Positions 12,201 through 25,018 of a DNA stretch of 64,000 nt are shown here, in pieces. Origin of the DNA: Pseudovirgaria hyperparasitica (Eukaryota). A program made the position numbers and the translations under genes. Positions within the stretch are counted from its first letter, which is position 1; every line of letters starts with the position of its first letter. The notes beneath the pieces are model-generated. The model saw only the letters and a program-made list of their open reading frames with translations. It made no database searches and was not told the origin of the DNA. The stretch lies in assembly GCA_010093815.1 (NCBI GenBank), contig ML996583.1, one strand, 5' to 3'.

Positions 12201-15200
12201 CACGATTTCCAGTATTCCGAAGATCGGACAGTTGACCTGTCTAGAGCGACTTTGGGCGACAAACAACAAGCTCACCGGATCATTTCCACCATCACTGAAG
12301 AATCTCGTCAACCTCAGGGAGATCGATGTGAGATTCAACAGCCTAAACAATATCGACGTCATGTCTCAGTTGCCGAAGTTGGAGCTTCTGATAGTTGGTC
12401 ACAATTCAATATCTGCCTTCGAGGGCACTTTTGAGAAAGTCAAAGTGCTGCACATGAATCACAACCCAGTAACAAGATTCGGAATCACCTCATACGTACC
12501 GTCACTCTCCGTCCTAAATCTTGCATCCGCAAAGCTGGCGCAGCTCCCAGAGGACTTGTTCCAAAATGTACCCGGCCTTATTAAGTTCATCCTAGACAAG
12601 AACCATTTTGCATCTCTTTCTCCACAGATAGGACGATTAACTCGCCTCGAGCATTTCAGCGTTGCAAGAAACAATCTAGAACACTTACCAACCGACATTG
12701 GGCGTCTTATCGAACTCAGATTTCTGGACGTAAGAGAAAACAACTTACGGAAACTACCACAGGAGATTTGGTTTGCGCGCAAATTGGAAACTCTCAACGT
12801 CTCATCGAATGTCTTAGACACATTCCCTAAGCCACTCTTCCAAGCATTGAATGTAAATGAGCCAGCCGGTCTAGATGGAGGATCGACACCCACCCAAAAC
12901 AATGCGACAGGTCCCGAATTCGAAGAGCTTGGAAAACTCGAAGACTTCGCCGCTCGGCGCCCGAGTCAAGCTTCCGGTTACCTAAGTGTTGGTAGCTCTC
13001 CAGGGACATCAGTTCGTAAAGGGTCGATGGCCTCATCTTACGCTAGCGGCAGAAAACCTTCAATTATGTCCAGATCGACTGAAGGGACCCTGACGCCTGT
13101 CACACGGAAGGACTCAAGCTTGTCAAATAGACTAATGAGTACTTTTGCCGGATCCCTGCGGCACATTTATCTTGCCGACAACAGGCTGAACGACGATGTC
13201 TTTGATGAACTCGCACTACTTCCAGAACTGAGAATTGTCAATATGTCTTACAATCTGCTATACGACATTCCACCTCGTACGATTCGAAGGTGGTCAAATC
13301 TCGCAGAGCTGTACTTGTCTGGCAACGACCTGACATCGCTACCAGCCGAAGACCTCGAAGAGGTCACCTCCCTGAAAGTATTGCACATTAATGGAAACAA
13401 GTTTCAAGTCCTTCCGGCCGAACTAGGGAAAGTTGCCAAGCTGGCCATTTTAGATGCGGGTAACAATGCGCTGAAGTACAATGTCTCTAATTGGCCATAT
13501 GACTGGAACTGGAATTGGAATCACAACTTAAAGTTTCTCAATCTGTCTGGAAATAAGCGCCTTGAGATCAAGAAAGCCCTGAACGCTGTGGGAAATGCTC
13601 GAGAGGGCAGAGATCTGACCGATTTCAGCTCTTTGACTAACCTTCGTGTTCTTGGTCTGATGGATGTGACAATGATCGGCTCAAGCGTTCCTGAACAGTT
13701 TGAGGATCGAAGAGTCCGCACCTCGGGATCAACCGTAGGATCAATGGCCTATGGAATGGCCGACAGCCTCGGCCGCAATGAGCATCTTTCTACGATGGAC
13801 CTCGTCGTTGAAAGGTTCCGCAGTCACGATGATGAGACTCTCCTTGGCCTGTTTGACGGACAAGCGTTGTCTGGTGGCGGCTCCAAGATAGCGCGCTATC
13901 TTTACGAGAATTTCAAGCTTAGATTCACCGATGAGCTGGAGAGACTACGACCGCAGGAATCTCCTGCAGACGCTCTCCGTCGGACCTACTTAGGGCTAAA
14001 TAAGGATCTTGCAACAGCTGCCACTTCGTCGTACGAAAACAAGGCACACACTTCCCAGGCTCCTGGCGCACATCGCGGCTCAATATCTCTGCCAGAGCTC
14101 GGAGAGGATGATTTGAACTCTGGCAGTGTCGCTACTGTGCTTTTTCTCAAGGAAATGGACCTCTTCGTTTCCAACGTGGGGGACGCACAAGCTCTCTTGA
14201 TTCAGTCCGATTACACTCATCGCACAATCACAAGGAAGCATGACCCTGCAGAACATGGAGAGAGGGCACGGATACGTGAGGCTGGCGGATTTGTCTCTCG
14301 ACAAGGCAAGCTGAATGATGTACTGGAAGTATCGCGCGCCTTCGGATACGTGCAGATGTCCCCATCGGTGATTGCCGCGCCCCACGTGAATAAGATCACA
14401 CTTAAGGAAACCGACGAGATGATCGTAGTCGCCTCAAGAGAATTATGGGAATACCTTGCAGCGGACTTTGTTGTCGATGTTGCAAGATCAGAGCGCAATG
14501 ATCTCATGCGAGCAGCTCAAAAGCTTCGGGATCTGGCAATTGCTTTTGGAGCGGCAAACAAGATCACGGTGATGATTATCGGAGTAAATGACCTTCGCAG
14601 CAAGCAACGTGCCAAGCACCGCACTCACAGCATGTCCATGGGTCCGTCAGGTTCCCCTGATGAATTCACGAGCAGACTCAAGAATGCCAAGCGAGCGAAG
14701 GATATCGTCGCAGACTCAAAGTTGGCCCGGCTGGACCAGGAGGTCGACGCACCTATAGGCGAAGTCAGCCTTGTCTTCACGGATATCAAGAGCTCGACTC
14801 TACTTTGGGAGACATATCCAGTACCGATGAGATCCGCTATTCGCATGCACAACGAAGTCATGCGACGCCACCTACGCATCATCGGTGGTTACGAAGTGAA
14901 AACTGAAGGAGACGCATTCATGGTCGCCTTCCCAACTGTGACGTCGGCATTGCTATGGTGTTTCACAATTCAAAGCCAACTACTGGAGGTGCCGTGGCCA
15001 CAGGAAATCCTAAACAGTGTGAACGGCCAAGAAGTCTTGGATGCTGATGGTAACGTGATATTTCGCGGTCTTTCCGTCCGAATGGGTATACATTGGGGTA
15101 CTCCAGTGTGCGAGGTTGATCCAGTCACGAAACGCATGGACTACTTCGGGCCAATGGTCAATCGGGCCTCGCGTATATCATCAGTGGCAGATGGTGGACA

Positions 15201-15955
15201 AATTACAGTCTCATCTGACTTCATTGCGGAGATTCAGCGGCTGCTAGAGACACATATCGAGACTGACCGCAGTGGATCAACAGGTTCGGAAGACACAATG
15301 ACCGAGGATCCCATCAACCAAGTCATTCGACGCGAATTGAGGTCGCTCAGTAGTCAGGGCTTCGAAGTCAAAGACCTTGGAGAGCGAAGGCTGAAAGGTC
15401 TTGAGAATCCCGAATACATCTACCTGATGTATCCTCATTCGTTGGCAAGTCGCTTGAGTGTACAACAGCAACGAAACGAAGCAGAGCAACAAGTACCTCA
15501 GCAACAGGGAATTGCTGCCACTAAAGTTCGAGACAGTACGTTGACAATTGACACTGAGCATGTATGGGATCTCTGGAACGTAAGCCTACGTCTAGAGATG
15601 CTATGTAGTGCCCTTGAAAGTTCTAGCGGTCCGGCGCAACTGAAGGCGCCGGAGACTGCATTACTTGAAAAGATGAAGAACAGAGGCGGCGAAATCACGG
15701 ACCGGTTCTTGATAAACTTTGTCGAGCACCAGATTTCACGGATTGAGGTATGTTAATCTTTTTTCTTATCTTAGATGGATCATGACTAACTAAAAGCAGA
15801 GCTGTGTCACTACACTAGCACTGCGGAATCTCATCCGACCGTTCGGGCAAAATAGTCTCCTCGATCAAGCCTGCCCAATGGCCGACATATTTGCTGCTCT
15901 CACCTCTCAGCTAGACGAATTGAAGACTCTACAAGCTTCCGCGGTGAACTTCTAG
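9201..15955 (+). CDS. CYR1: Adenylate cyclase (RA domain, LRRs, PP2C-like domain, class III cyclase)
   Basis: Exons 9201-9346, 9651-10356, 10450-15747 and 15800-15955, with canonical splice sites. Motifs WDAPDSWAV, YCVRIFR (RA), a long LRR array, PP2C-like GLFDG...NVGD...VSRAFG, and cyclase VFTDIK...GYEVKTEGDAFMV...MDYFGPMVNRASR. The first exon is less certain. Confidence 0.97.
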
Positions 15956-16982
15956 ATGGCTTCTTCATTATCGCCCTCTAAGTCTGTCTCGGTCCTACCA
16001 TAGGCACGGATCCACGAACTTTTCACAATGGACTCGCGGAAGATGCATCGTTCATTGCAGCCTCCCGTAATATGTACAACACATGATTCGCTACTATACG
16101 ACCGTCAGCTTTGCGCGCATGAATATATTATACTTGCATGATTGTGCGTTGCATTCAGATAGCATTCGAGGCGCAAAGAGCTCTTCTGGGAGGGGTAAAG
16201 GTTCATAAGGATTCTCTGAGAACCAGATTTTGCTATCACATGAGATTGGCGTCGGCACTGCGATATAGGGGCGGTCGTCACGCTTTACGAGATACCTCAA
16301 TGGGAGAATACTGATACGTTTTTCCTTTTCCAACGGTCTGTGGAGATTCTGACCCAGCATGACGCAGTATTAGGGGGCCTGTGTGCGGTTGGGTAACCAC
16401 TCTATTACCTGCTTATTAGTGAAGGACGCATTGAATGATATATATGAAGTCATAGAGACGTGTATTTGTGATTAGATCCGATGCAGCAAGGAATCATTAA
16501 GATCAGGACTTGACCAAGGCCCTAAATGTCACGCAGGTCCCATTTCCCAAGCTTCGTCCCAAGCACCATTCGTGCTCAGGGGGAGACCATGCGCTGACTC
16601 ATCCATCCGTTACCGTACTGGGGTCCTTGCCCATGCCAAGCAATCTCGCGCGTGACCCTGACCTCGGAAGGCTTGGAAGACGACATCAAGATCCATCACG
16701 TCCTTGACGACTCATTGCCTTTGTACTGCCACCTCGACAACTCAGCCCCTTTATACTTCCTTTCATGTGTAGGAACACTGTATTACACGTATATATATAC
16801 GCTAATTTACCACCAACGTTCTTCGGTACCAGACCATCATCCACACAACCGCTCTATCCACAAAAGATTCCACACGATCGTGCAACTACTACTACCCCGA
16901 AGCTGCGCGCTAAAAAGGAAATGCCATTGGAATAGTTACACCAGATCAACACCACGTACTCTCTTTGTAGTACGCTGCCGCG

Positions 16983-18501
16983 ATGCGGTCCACTCTATCC
17001 CTGTACTCGTCTGTCACCGCCATCCTTTTTGCACTACAAGCCACAGGTCAAGATGTCAACAGCAAGGCAGAAGTTGGAATAGAGGTCTTGCGCACAGTCG
17101 AGTGCTCCAGAAAGACGGTAAATGGAGATGCTATCAAGGTTAACTACCGTGGCACGTTTCAGAGCGATGGCAGCGAGTTCGACAACAGTTATGACCGTGG
17201 CGAGCCGATAGGGTTCACGTTGGGGAAGCACCAGGTCATCACCGGGTGGGATATGGGCCTACTGGGGATGTGTATAGGCGAACAAAGACGTTTGACGATT
17301 CCTCCTGAGTTAGCGTATGGCCATGATGGTACTGGTCCGATTCCACCGGAAAGTACACTGAGTAAGTTTGATAGTCATATATAAACATGTGTTGAACGAG
17401 ACTAACCAAGGATGTAGTGTTTGACACTGAGCTGATGGATATTGCTGGAGTTGGCGTCGGTGACTTTACAGATGCAGACGGTGGCCCTGATGCGCAACCT
17501 GCTGAAGACAAAGAGCATGGAGGAGATAAGCCTGAAGGCGATGGTGAATGCCGTCTGCTGGGACCGTTCGCATTGATCGTCCAAGGAGCATTGGGTGCTC
17601 TGGCTCTGCTCTCTCTGGTATTCAAGCGGTGGCGCGAGTCTCCACGGCGTCCGATCAAGGTTTGGTCCTTTGACGCGTCGAAACAAGTCGTCGGCTCAAT
17701 CCTTCTTCACGTGGCCAACCTTCTCATGTCAATGCTATCGTCTGGAGATTTCGATATCGCCGCAAAGACAAAGGAAGCAGTGGAGAACAAGCAACCCAAC
17801 CCTTGTTCGTTCTATCTCCTCAACCTGGCTATCGACGTAAGTCTCCATCATAGCAGCCGCATCAAAGTTTAATGCTAACCAAATAGACTACCCTGGGCAT
17901 CCCCATACTTGTTATCTTGTTGAAGGTGCTCCATCACGCCTTCCTCCTCACTCCTCTCGCTCGACCACCGCAATCCATCAAATCCGGCCACTACGGCTCC
18001 CCACCTCGTGTGTCATGGTGGGCCAAGCAATCGCTCATCTACTTCCTCGGCCTGATTGGCATGAAACTCTGCGTCTTCTTCATCTTCAAGCTGCTCCCCT
18101 GGATTGCGTGGGTCGGCGACTGGGCACTGCGCTGGACAGAGGGTAACGAGGCAGTACAAATCACCTTTGTCATGTTCATCTTTCCGCTCATCATGAACGC
18201 CATGCAGTACTACATCATTGATACTTTCATCAAGGACCACGCAGGTGGAGAGGAGAGCGGGGAGTATCAGCAGGTAGACGGCGATGAGGATGAAGAGACG
18301 AGGAGAATTCGTGAGGCAAGGGAGTGGGAGGATGCGGATAGTGACAACGACGAGAACGAACCATTGACGGGCAGGGAGACACTCAAGGAGGCCAACCCGA
18401 CTGCAGTGCCGGTAAGAGATCGGGATGGAGGGCACAGCAGTTCGAGCAGTAGGAGTGAGCGGAAAGGTGGTTTGCTTGGAAAGGAAGCCAAGACGAAATA
18501 A
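16983..18501 (+). CDS. Signal-peptide FKBP PPIase (Fpr2-like) fused to a multi-pass STIMATE/TMEM110 (YPL162C-like) membrane domain
   Basis: Exons 16983-17361, 17418-17836 and 17887-18501. The first splice completes the FKBP end ([16 protein letters not shown]) and reads without a stop into [12 protein letters not shown]...[10 protein letters not shown]...FDASKQ...[17 protein letters not shown]...[10 protein letters not shown]. Confidence 0.88.
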
Positions 18502-19248
18502 TCAATTTTGTTAATATTTGTACGATAGACGCGCCGAAAGCCAATACAGTTTTTTGAGATTCAATATGTCGCTGAGCAACAGAAGCACGCACGGCCTAGT
18601 AACCCATCATTTGCCACTGACCACATCTGGATGGACGAAACATAGACTCACATTTCAGGAGGACTAACATCATATCGTGAGCATCAAGAAAACCAGTGAT
18701 ATATACGATGCACGAAAAGTATATCCGAGAATTTACGTAAAACATCGCAAAGTCAAGGGAAGAAAGGTAATTGGTGTTATTTCATAGCAGTCAACATATA
18801 ATCTAATTTCTTTGCACTGTTGTTAGAAATCATGTGGAACCTAGTAGTCAAACAGAGATTTGCTCTTAGAATGCGATTTTGAGACCGCGTAGAGAGGGCG
18901 GGGATCGTTCGGACGAGGGAGGACGATTATCGCTCGTAGTATACATGAAAGACCGATCGACCGTTTTCGCCGTAGGATACCGTAGATAGTTCGCCTCGAG
19001 CCGCTCGTAGTCGAACTGCTGGTAATATCAATTTTGTGAGACTAAACACCCCAAAGTAGTACACGACAACCAGAGACGTCTCTGGCGCTTGCAGCTTGCC
19101 ACCGGAAACAGAAAAGAAAGCAAGGAGATGAAAACCTAGTCAGACCGCGCGCGTCCATGTTGTTTAGATTCGGTGCAGAAACATTTCGTAACAATGCCTT
19201 TCTGGTTTTGACACCGCAGCATCGTGGTAAGTCTGATATTCAATCCTC

Positions 19249-20262
19249 CTACTCAGCCGTGTCAAGATCATCGTGGGCTGGAGGAGGGGATTCGACTTGG
19301 ATTGTTAGCATTGACTTGAGTGCTTGTGTGTAGAGAGGTCCTTAAATTACCTTTGCGTTCTTCTCCTTCGACTCCGTTCTCACGCTCTTCTGGATCGCGG
19401 TCCTTCATCTCACGGTCACGATCGCGATCCTCTGGAGTCCGCGACCGGTCTCTGTCTCGGCGGTCGTAATCGCGATCACGTCGTTCTTCCTTACGAGGGG
19501 AGTAGTCACGCGACCGGATGGGCGATCTACTACGGCCACGACGGGGAGAGCGCTCACGACGTCCACCACGGTCGCTGCCACGATCGCCTCCACGCTCACC
19601 AGGTTTAGCATCGCGACCGGAGTCAAATCGCCAAGACGCGGAAGGTGGCGTACGAGCCCACTAGTGCTCGTCAGCAACTGCAATATCGAGAATATAATGA
19701 ACTGACCTCGATCTTCAGAAGATCATCACGTCCGATTCGCTTGTTGTGCATCTCATGGTATGCATCATCAGCGTCGCGACGGCTCTCGTATTCGACGAAA
19801 GCGAACCTACTTTCACGTCAGCCGTTCTTTCCTGGATGGAGGAACTGATAGCTTACAGTCTGCTGGACGCTGAGCGTGGAGCTGGAATGTCACAGCGAAC
19901 AAGCCGTCCATAGCTGAGAGGATACGTTAGATGTGTTTGTGCACGATCATAGATGGTGGATGACGGGATGAATAGCAGTGGGGAGAAATCGAGCTCGACA
20001 GCAGCCGTGTGTACAAGATAGAGAGGGACGAGGAAGGCTAGGACTCTCGGAGCGATCGATCGAACGACATTCGAGGGAAGGTGATAAGACGAGGAATCGG
20101 GGACTATCGTGCAGTAACGGCGACGAGGTGATCGATAACGATGACGGATCGATTTCAGAATGCGTTCGAGACGTACCGTTCGAATTCGTAGGCAAGATCG
20201 CGGGCGCGGGTGCCGTGGCCGAAGCCCGTAACGTAGAGGGTAGTACCGCCACCTCGAGACAT
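19249..20262 (-). CDS. srp1: SR-family splicing factor, single RRM plus RS/RD domain (Srp1-like)
   Basis: Not visible as one ORF; assembled from 5 exons: MSRGGTTLYVTGFGHGTRARDLAYEFER|YGRLVRCDIPAPRSASSRL|FAFVEYESRRDADDAYHEMH...KIE|WARTPPSASWRFD...RSRSP...|ESPPPAHDDLDTAE*. RNP2 and RNP1 motifs and canonical donors are present. Confidence 0.9.
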
Positions 20263-20734
20263 GGTTGAGAAGAGTAAATGACGGGCTGTTCGTATCGAGA
20301 ATGATGTGTGATAAAGTGACGACGCGAGGCAGGGGGATGTTGAGTTTGCTTAGACCCAGATAGAGAGAAATAAATGATTTGATGTGGTGAAGGCATTCTG
20401 GTCGTCATGGGCTGGGACTAGCGCCTGCCACCGAGGTTGGGCCGAAGCCGCTCCTTTCGACAGTCTGTCTTGCGCCTACCTCACTTCTTACAAACAGTCA
20501 CTTGCAATACTCCAACCCGGTCTCCAGCCTTTCTATTATATCTACGTCTTTGAAACACGGATAGACACTCTCTTGACGCAAATCGCAATTTTACTCCAAT
20601 ACTAGGCGCAATCTACACTACTGTGGGAAACTGGATCATCACCACGCGCCACTGAACCTCTCCCCGAGCGCTCTTCTTGTTCGCAACTCACATCCACGGA
20701 CGTCCTGTCAAGGATATACTCCCAAAATCTCTCA

Positions 20735-22279
20735 ATGGCTACTGAAGTGAGCCAAGGTTCTGCTCTCGCCGAGCAACTGCAAGCTGTAGTACAACCAAAG
20801 CTGGTAGAACTTGGTTGGAGCACGGGCGGACTCGATGACTCTGCGCTCAGCGAATACATCATTTTGATGCTAGTGAATGGGAAGAGTCAAGATCAGATAG
20901 CATCGGAACTCTCTGAAGACTTGTTGAATCTCGGACCTGAAGATGCTGGTGCTCAAGAATTCTCGAAGTGGCTTTTCGTGCAGGTTAACGCATTGAATGC
21001 GGGCTTACATGGAGGCTCGTATGTTGCGCCAACTGAATCCACAGTATCAACAGAAAGCGGAATGAAAAGTGAGGAGAAAGAACCGACTGCGGATGCTGAG
21101 ATGAACGAAGCGATTGATGGAGGTTCAGGATCAATGTACATACCAATCCTTCGTTCGCACAGACAAGAGCTAATTTCTGCCAGACCAACTGGACCCAAGG
21201 CAATGCGTAACGGACACACGAACCCTCGAGATAAGCGTATGCTTGGTAATATCAACAAAACGCTAGATCGCTCGGGAGACTCTCCCCTTCATCGAGTGCG
21301 CGGAACGACGGGTAGTGGACGTATCAATTCCCATTCCAGGGAACCACCCAAAGGACCGCGAGCCAAGCTCAATCACCGAAATATTCAGCAAATGGCGGGT
21401 GGCACGGCGCCGCAGATGCAGATGTCAGGCATGATGTCGAATCACCTAGCGAATGGCATGTCAAGTCTTCCACCTGGGCAACAAATGGAAATGCTCGCGT
21501 ACTGGGAACAAGGTGCCCGGATGATGCAGCAGCTCATGTCAAATGGTGGAGTTCCGAATGGTGGGCCGGTCTTCAATCCTGCGTTCCAGCGGGGGAACCA
21601 ACTACCGCAAGGGAAATCACTCTTTGACAGAGTTTCGAAGCCCCGTCGCCAACCAAAATCAGCCCCCAAGGATTCCGATATGGGAGGAACAAATGATGGA
21701 GGAACAGGTATGGACTTTGAGTTGTCCCAACCCACGAAGCCAGCCTCCGAAACAAGATGTCGCTTCGATCTCAGCTGTACGAACCTAGACTGCACGTTTG
21801 CGCATCAGTCGCCAGCTGCCAAGCCTGGCATGACTTTGGACATGTCCACAGACTGTAGCTTTGGTGTAGCATGCAAGAACTTCAAATGCTCCGGGAAGCA
21901 CCCGTCCCCAGCAAAGCGGACTTCGTTCCAGTCGGAGAAAGATTGCGAATGGGGTCCTATGTGCAAGAATCCGACATGTCACTTCCGCCATTCCACAATG
22001 CCTCCCTGCCGCAACGGAGGCGATTGCACAATCGAAGGCTGCAAGTTCGCACATACACGTGTTACTTGCGTCCACAATCCTTGCACAAGACCTGGATGCG
22101 CGTTCAAGCACGCAGATGGCCAGAAGAAAGGAAAGTTTGGAGACAAGGTTTGGACAGCGCATGGCGAAGGGAACTCGCATGTCAGCGAGCGCAAATTCGT
22201 TGATGAAGAAGGCGAAGAAGAACTTATCATACCCGGTCACCAAGTCACGGTTACCCCAGGGGAAGCAATTATTACGTGA
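20735..22279 (+). CDS. NAB2: Nuclear poly(A) RNA-binding protein (PWI-like N-terminus, tandem CCCH zinc fingers)
   Basis: ALSEYIILMLVNGK N-terminal domain and five CCCH fingers (e.g. CRFDLSCTNLDCTFAH). The in-frame 48-nt intron 21136..21183 restores IPTGPKAMR. Confidence 0.9.
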   Translation: MATEVSQGSALAEQLQAVVQPKLVELGWSTGGLDDSALSEYIILMLVNGKSQDQIASELSEDLLNLGPEDAGAQEFSKWLFVQVNALNAGLHGGSYVAPTESTVSTESGMKSEEKEPTADAEMNEAIDGGSGSMYIPILRSHRQELISARPTGPKAMRNGHTNPRDKRMLGNINKTLDRSGDSPLHRVRGTTGSGRINSHSREPPKGPRAKLNHRNIQQMAGGTAPQMQMSGMMSNHLANGMSSLPPGQQMEMLAYWEQGARMMQQLMSNGGVPNGGPVFNPAFQRGNQLPQGKSLFDRVSKPRRQPKSAPKDSDMGGTNDGGTGMDFELSQPTKPASETRCRFDLSCTNLDCTFAHQSPAAKPGMTLDMSTDCSFGVACKNFKCSGKHPSPAKRTSFQSEKDCEWGPMCKNPTCHFRHSTMPPCRNGGDCTIEGCKFAHTRVTCVHNPCTRPGCAFKHADGQKKGKFGDKVWTAHGEGNSHVSERKFVDEEGEEELIIPGHQVTVTPGEAIIT

Positions 22280-22709
22280 TGTCATTTCAACAAAGGAGTT
22301 TTGGTATGGGACCTACTCTTGGCGGCAGATAGGCGAAGATACCTTTTCCTGTACTTATATGAATTCTGGTGCGGCTATAGTACATGTTAGGCAGGGCTAC
22401 ATGCCTCAAATCAACGGAGAATTAACAGTCACCCTGAATCTGGTCATTCAGTCGGGGTTATGAATATATACCGATTTTCCAAAGCTTGACTTGTAGATTA
22501 AAATATAATGTTTATATGTGAGCGTTGACACGAGCCCTCGCGTTCACGCTACTACGCAAGGTACCTCCGCGTACGCATTTCTGTACATTGCATCACGTCA
22601 CTGCGTCCGAGCGAACCGAATCGTCACCTACGATCGTACATTCTTTTGAGCTCGAAGACAACACGCTCTATGGCCCAATCACTCTTGTGTCTTCTTCTCG
22701 ATTATTGCA

Positions 22710-24636
22710 ATGCTTCAAAGAAGCAATGCTCTTCGATGCCTGACGCGAGCGTCCTATGGACGCTCTTCAAAACCCTTCCTCACTCACCTGCATAACCCAT
22801 GGTTCCGCCGCTCATATTCGCCGGGGCCCTCTGACGGGCAGCCGTATGAGATTGCAGTTCTAGGTGGGGGTATCACCGGCCTGTCGACGGCATACTGGCT
22901 CACGAAGAAGGCACCCAAAGCCAATATCACAGTGTACGAAGCTAGCAAGCGTGTCGGGGGATGGGTGCAATCGCTTGAAATGGATGTGGATGGAGACACT
23001 GTTGTGTTCGAGACCGGGCCTCGGACCTTGAGAACAGGCTCTGTTAATGCCATGGTCACACAAGCCATGGTGCGTGGCGGGAATGTCGTTCTATGCATAA
23101 GCTAATCTCGAGTCGCAGTTGGAGGATCTTGATTTGGCAGACGACATCATTTTCACCTCGAAGGATGCTGCGTCATCTCGAAACAGATACATATACTACC
23201 CCGACCACCTTGTGCGCATTCCATTCCCAGTCGATGGCCTACTGGACACTCTGAGTACCGTATTATTAGAACCTGCCTTCGAAGGAATCCTATGGCAGGT
23301 ACTAAAAGAGCCTTGGAAATGGACTAGACCATCACATCTTCTGGATGAGAGTGTAGGGGAGTTCTTGACCCGTCGCATAGGCAAGACGGCAACGAATAAT
23401 TTGGTATCTGCTGTGTTCCACGGGATCTATGCGGGAGACATCTGGCAACTAAGCGCAAAAAGCATAATGAGGAGTGCATGGGAACTTGAAGGCTCCTTTG
23501 GGTCATTTGGGCGCGGTCTGTCCGAGTGCCTGGAACATGGGGCTCTTGTTGATGCCAGGGACGCTGAACTCAAATCAGTATTGGAGCCCTTCCTGGACGG
23601 GAGTCAGTTCATGGACGATTTCAAATCTAGTAGCGTCTTCGCTTTCAAAGGAGGATTATCGCGGTTGACTGAGGCACTGGAAACCTATCTTGAAGACTGT
23701 CCGAACGTAACATTGATGACCAATTGTCACGTTGACGACCTAACATGTGAGGGTGCATTAGACCTTCACAATAGTGGTGTCTTGACAGATGGCAAGGTCA
23801 GAGTATGTTCATTTTAGCTCATGTCCGTGTCGTTCATATGCTGACATCTCAAGTTTAACGTCACCGACATGACTGATGAACGTCGTCTGAGGGCGCCACA
23901 AGTTGTTGACAAAGATCTTGTGATCTCTACGCTCCCGTCCCGGGTTCTAGCCAGCATGTTCGCATGGAAGACAGAATCTGGGATTTCGCCCTACCGTGGT
24001 AGGCCCATCCCTTCCATTGAAATGGGCGACTGGGCAACTGTAATGGTAGTCAACTTTTACTTCCGGGAATCTAACATCGTGCCTGTCAAAGGCTTCGGAT
24101 ATTTAATCCCACAAAGCGTCCCTTTCGAGAATAACCCTGAGCGAGCTTTGGGAGTGATATTTGACTCGGATGCAGTAACTGGCCAAGATACTGGATCTGG
24201 TACCAAACTCACGGTTATGATGGGTGGCCATTACTGGGCTGGGTGGGACAAATATCCCTCTCCTGAACATGCCACTCAGATGGCCATGGATCTACTTAAG
24301 AGACATATTGGTGACATCCCTGAACCTGCGAAGACAATGGCAACACTACAAGAGAACTGCATACCTCAATACAGAGTCGGTTGGGACACAGCAACGAAGT
24401 CTGCGCACGAACAGCTGCTTCACTATTTCGGCGGCAGACTGCGAGTGGCAGGTCCGTCTTGGCATGGGGTTGGTCTTCATGACTGCACGCGTGCAGCATA
24501 CGACGTAACTGAGGGTGCGGACGGATGGCACAGAGGCAAAAGCGAGCCTAGAACGGGCCTCGAGATGTTCAAAGAGGACCCTGTGTTTCTGCACAGCAAA
24601 ACAATGCAACAACCTAAGAAAACGCGATTCTACTAG
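22710..24636 (+). CDS. HEM14: Protoporphyrinogen oxidase (mitochondrial)
   Basis: R/S-rich presequence, IAVLGGGITGL FAD motif, FETGPRTLR, NRYIYYPDHL, HGIYAGD, GFGYLIP, IPQYRVG and GVGLHDC. Introns at about 23070-23118 and 23797-23853. Confidence 0.95.
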
Positions 24637-25018
24637 CATTCCTCTCCTCTTTCAGGAGACCAGGCCACGATTTCGAATCAGAGAAAACGATCTTGTCACT
24701 GTATAACAACCTGTGTAGATATTGTAGTACATAGCGTGCAGACGCATTTACCGTAGATGGCTTATACTAGTAATGCTCAATAGCTTTCGGCCGAAGTCTT
24801 GAATCGTGCTTGTCAACACTGTGTCAACACTGCAAACTCTGGAATTACATCACTATCGACTCAGAAACTCCCGTCACATATTTCTACGGATTGCGGTTGC
24901 TGCGCACGATAGCAGAACGCTTCGTACAATCAGCGAAGTATGTTTATATCTTCTCATCCATTCGTTCAGAACGATACCCAGACAACTCCAATCAGACAAT
25001 TTCCAGACCAATACAATC

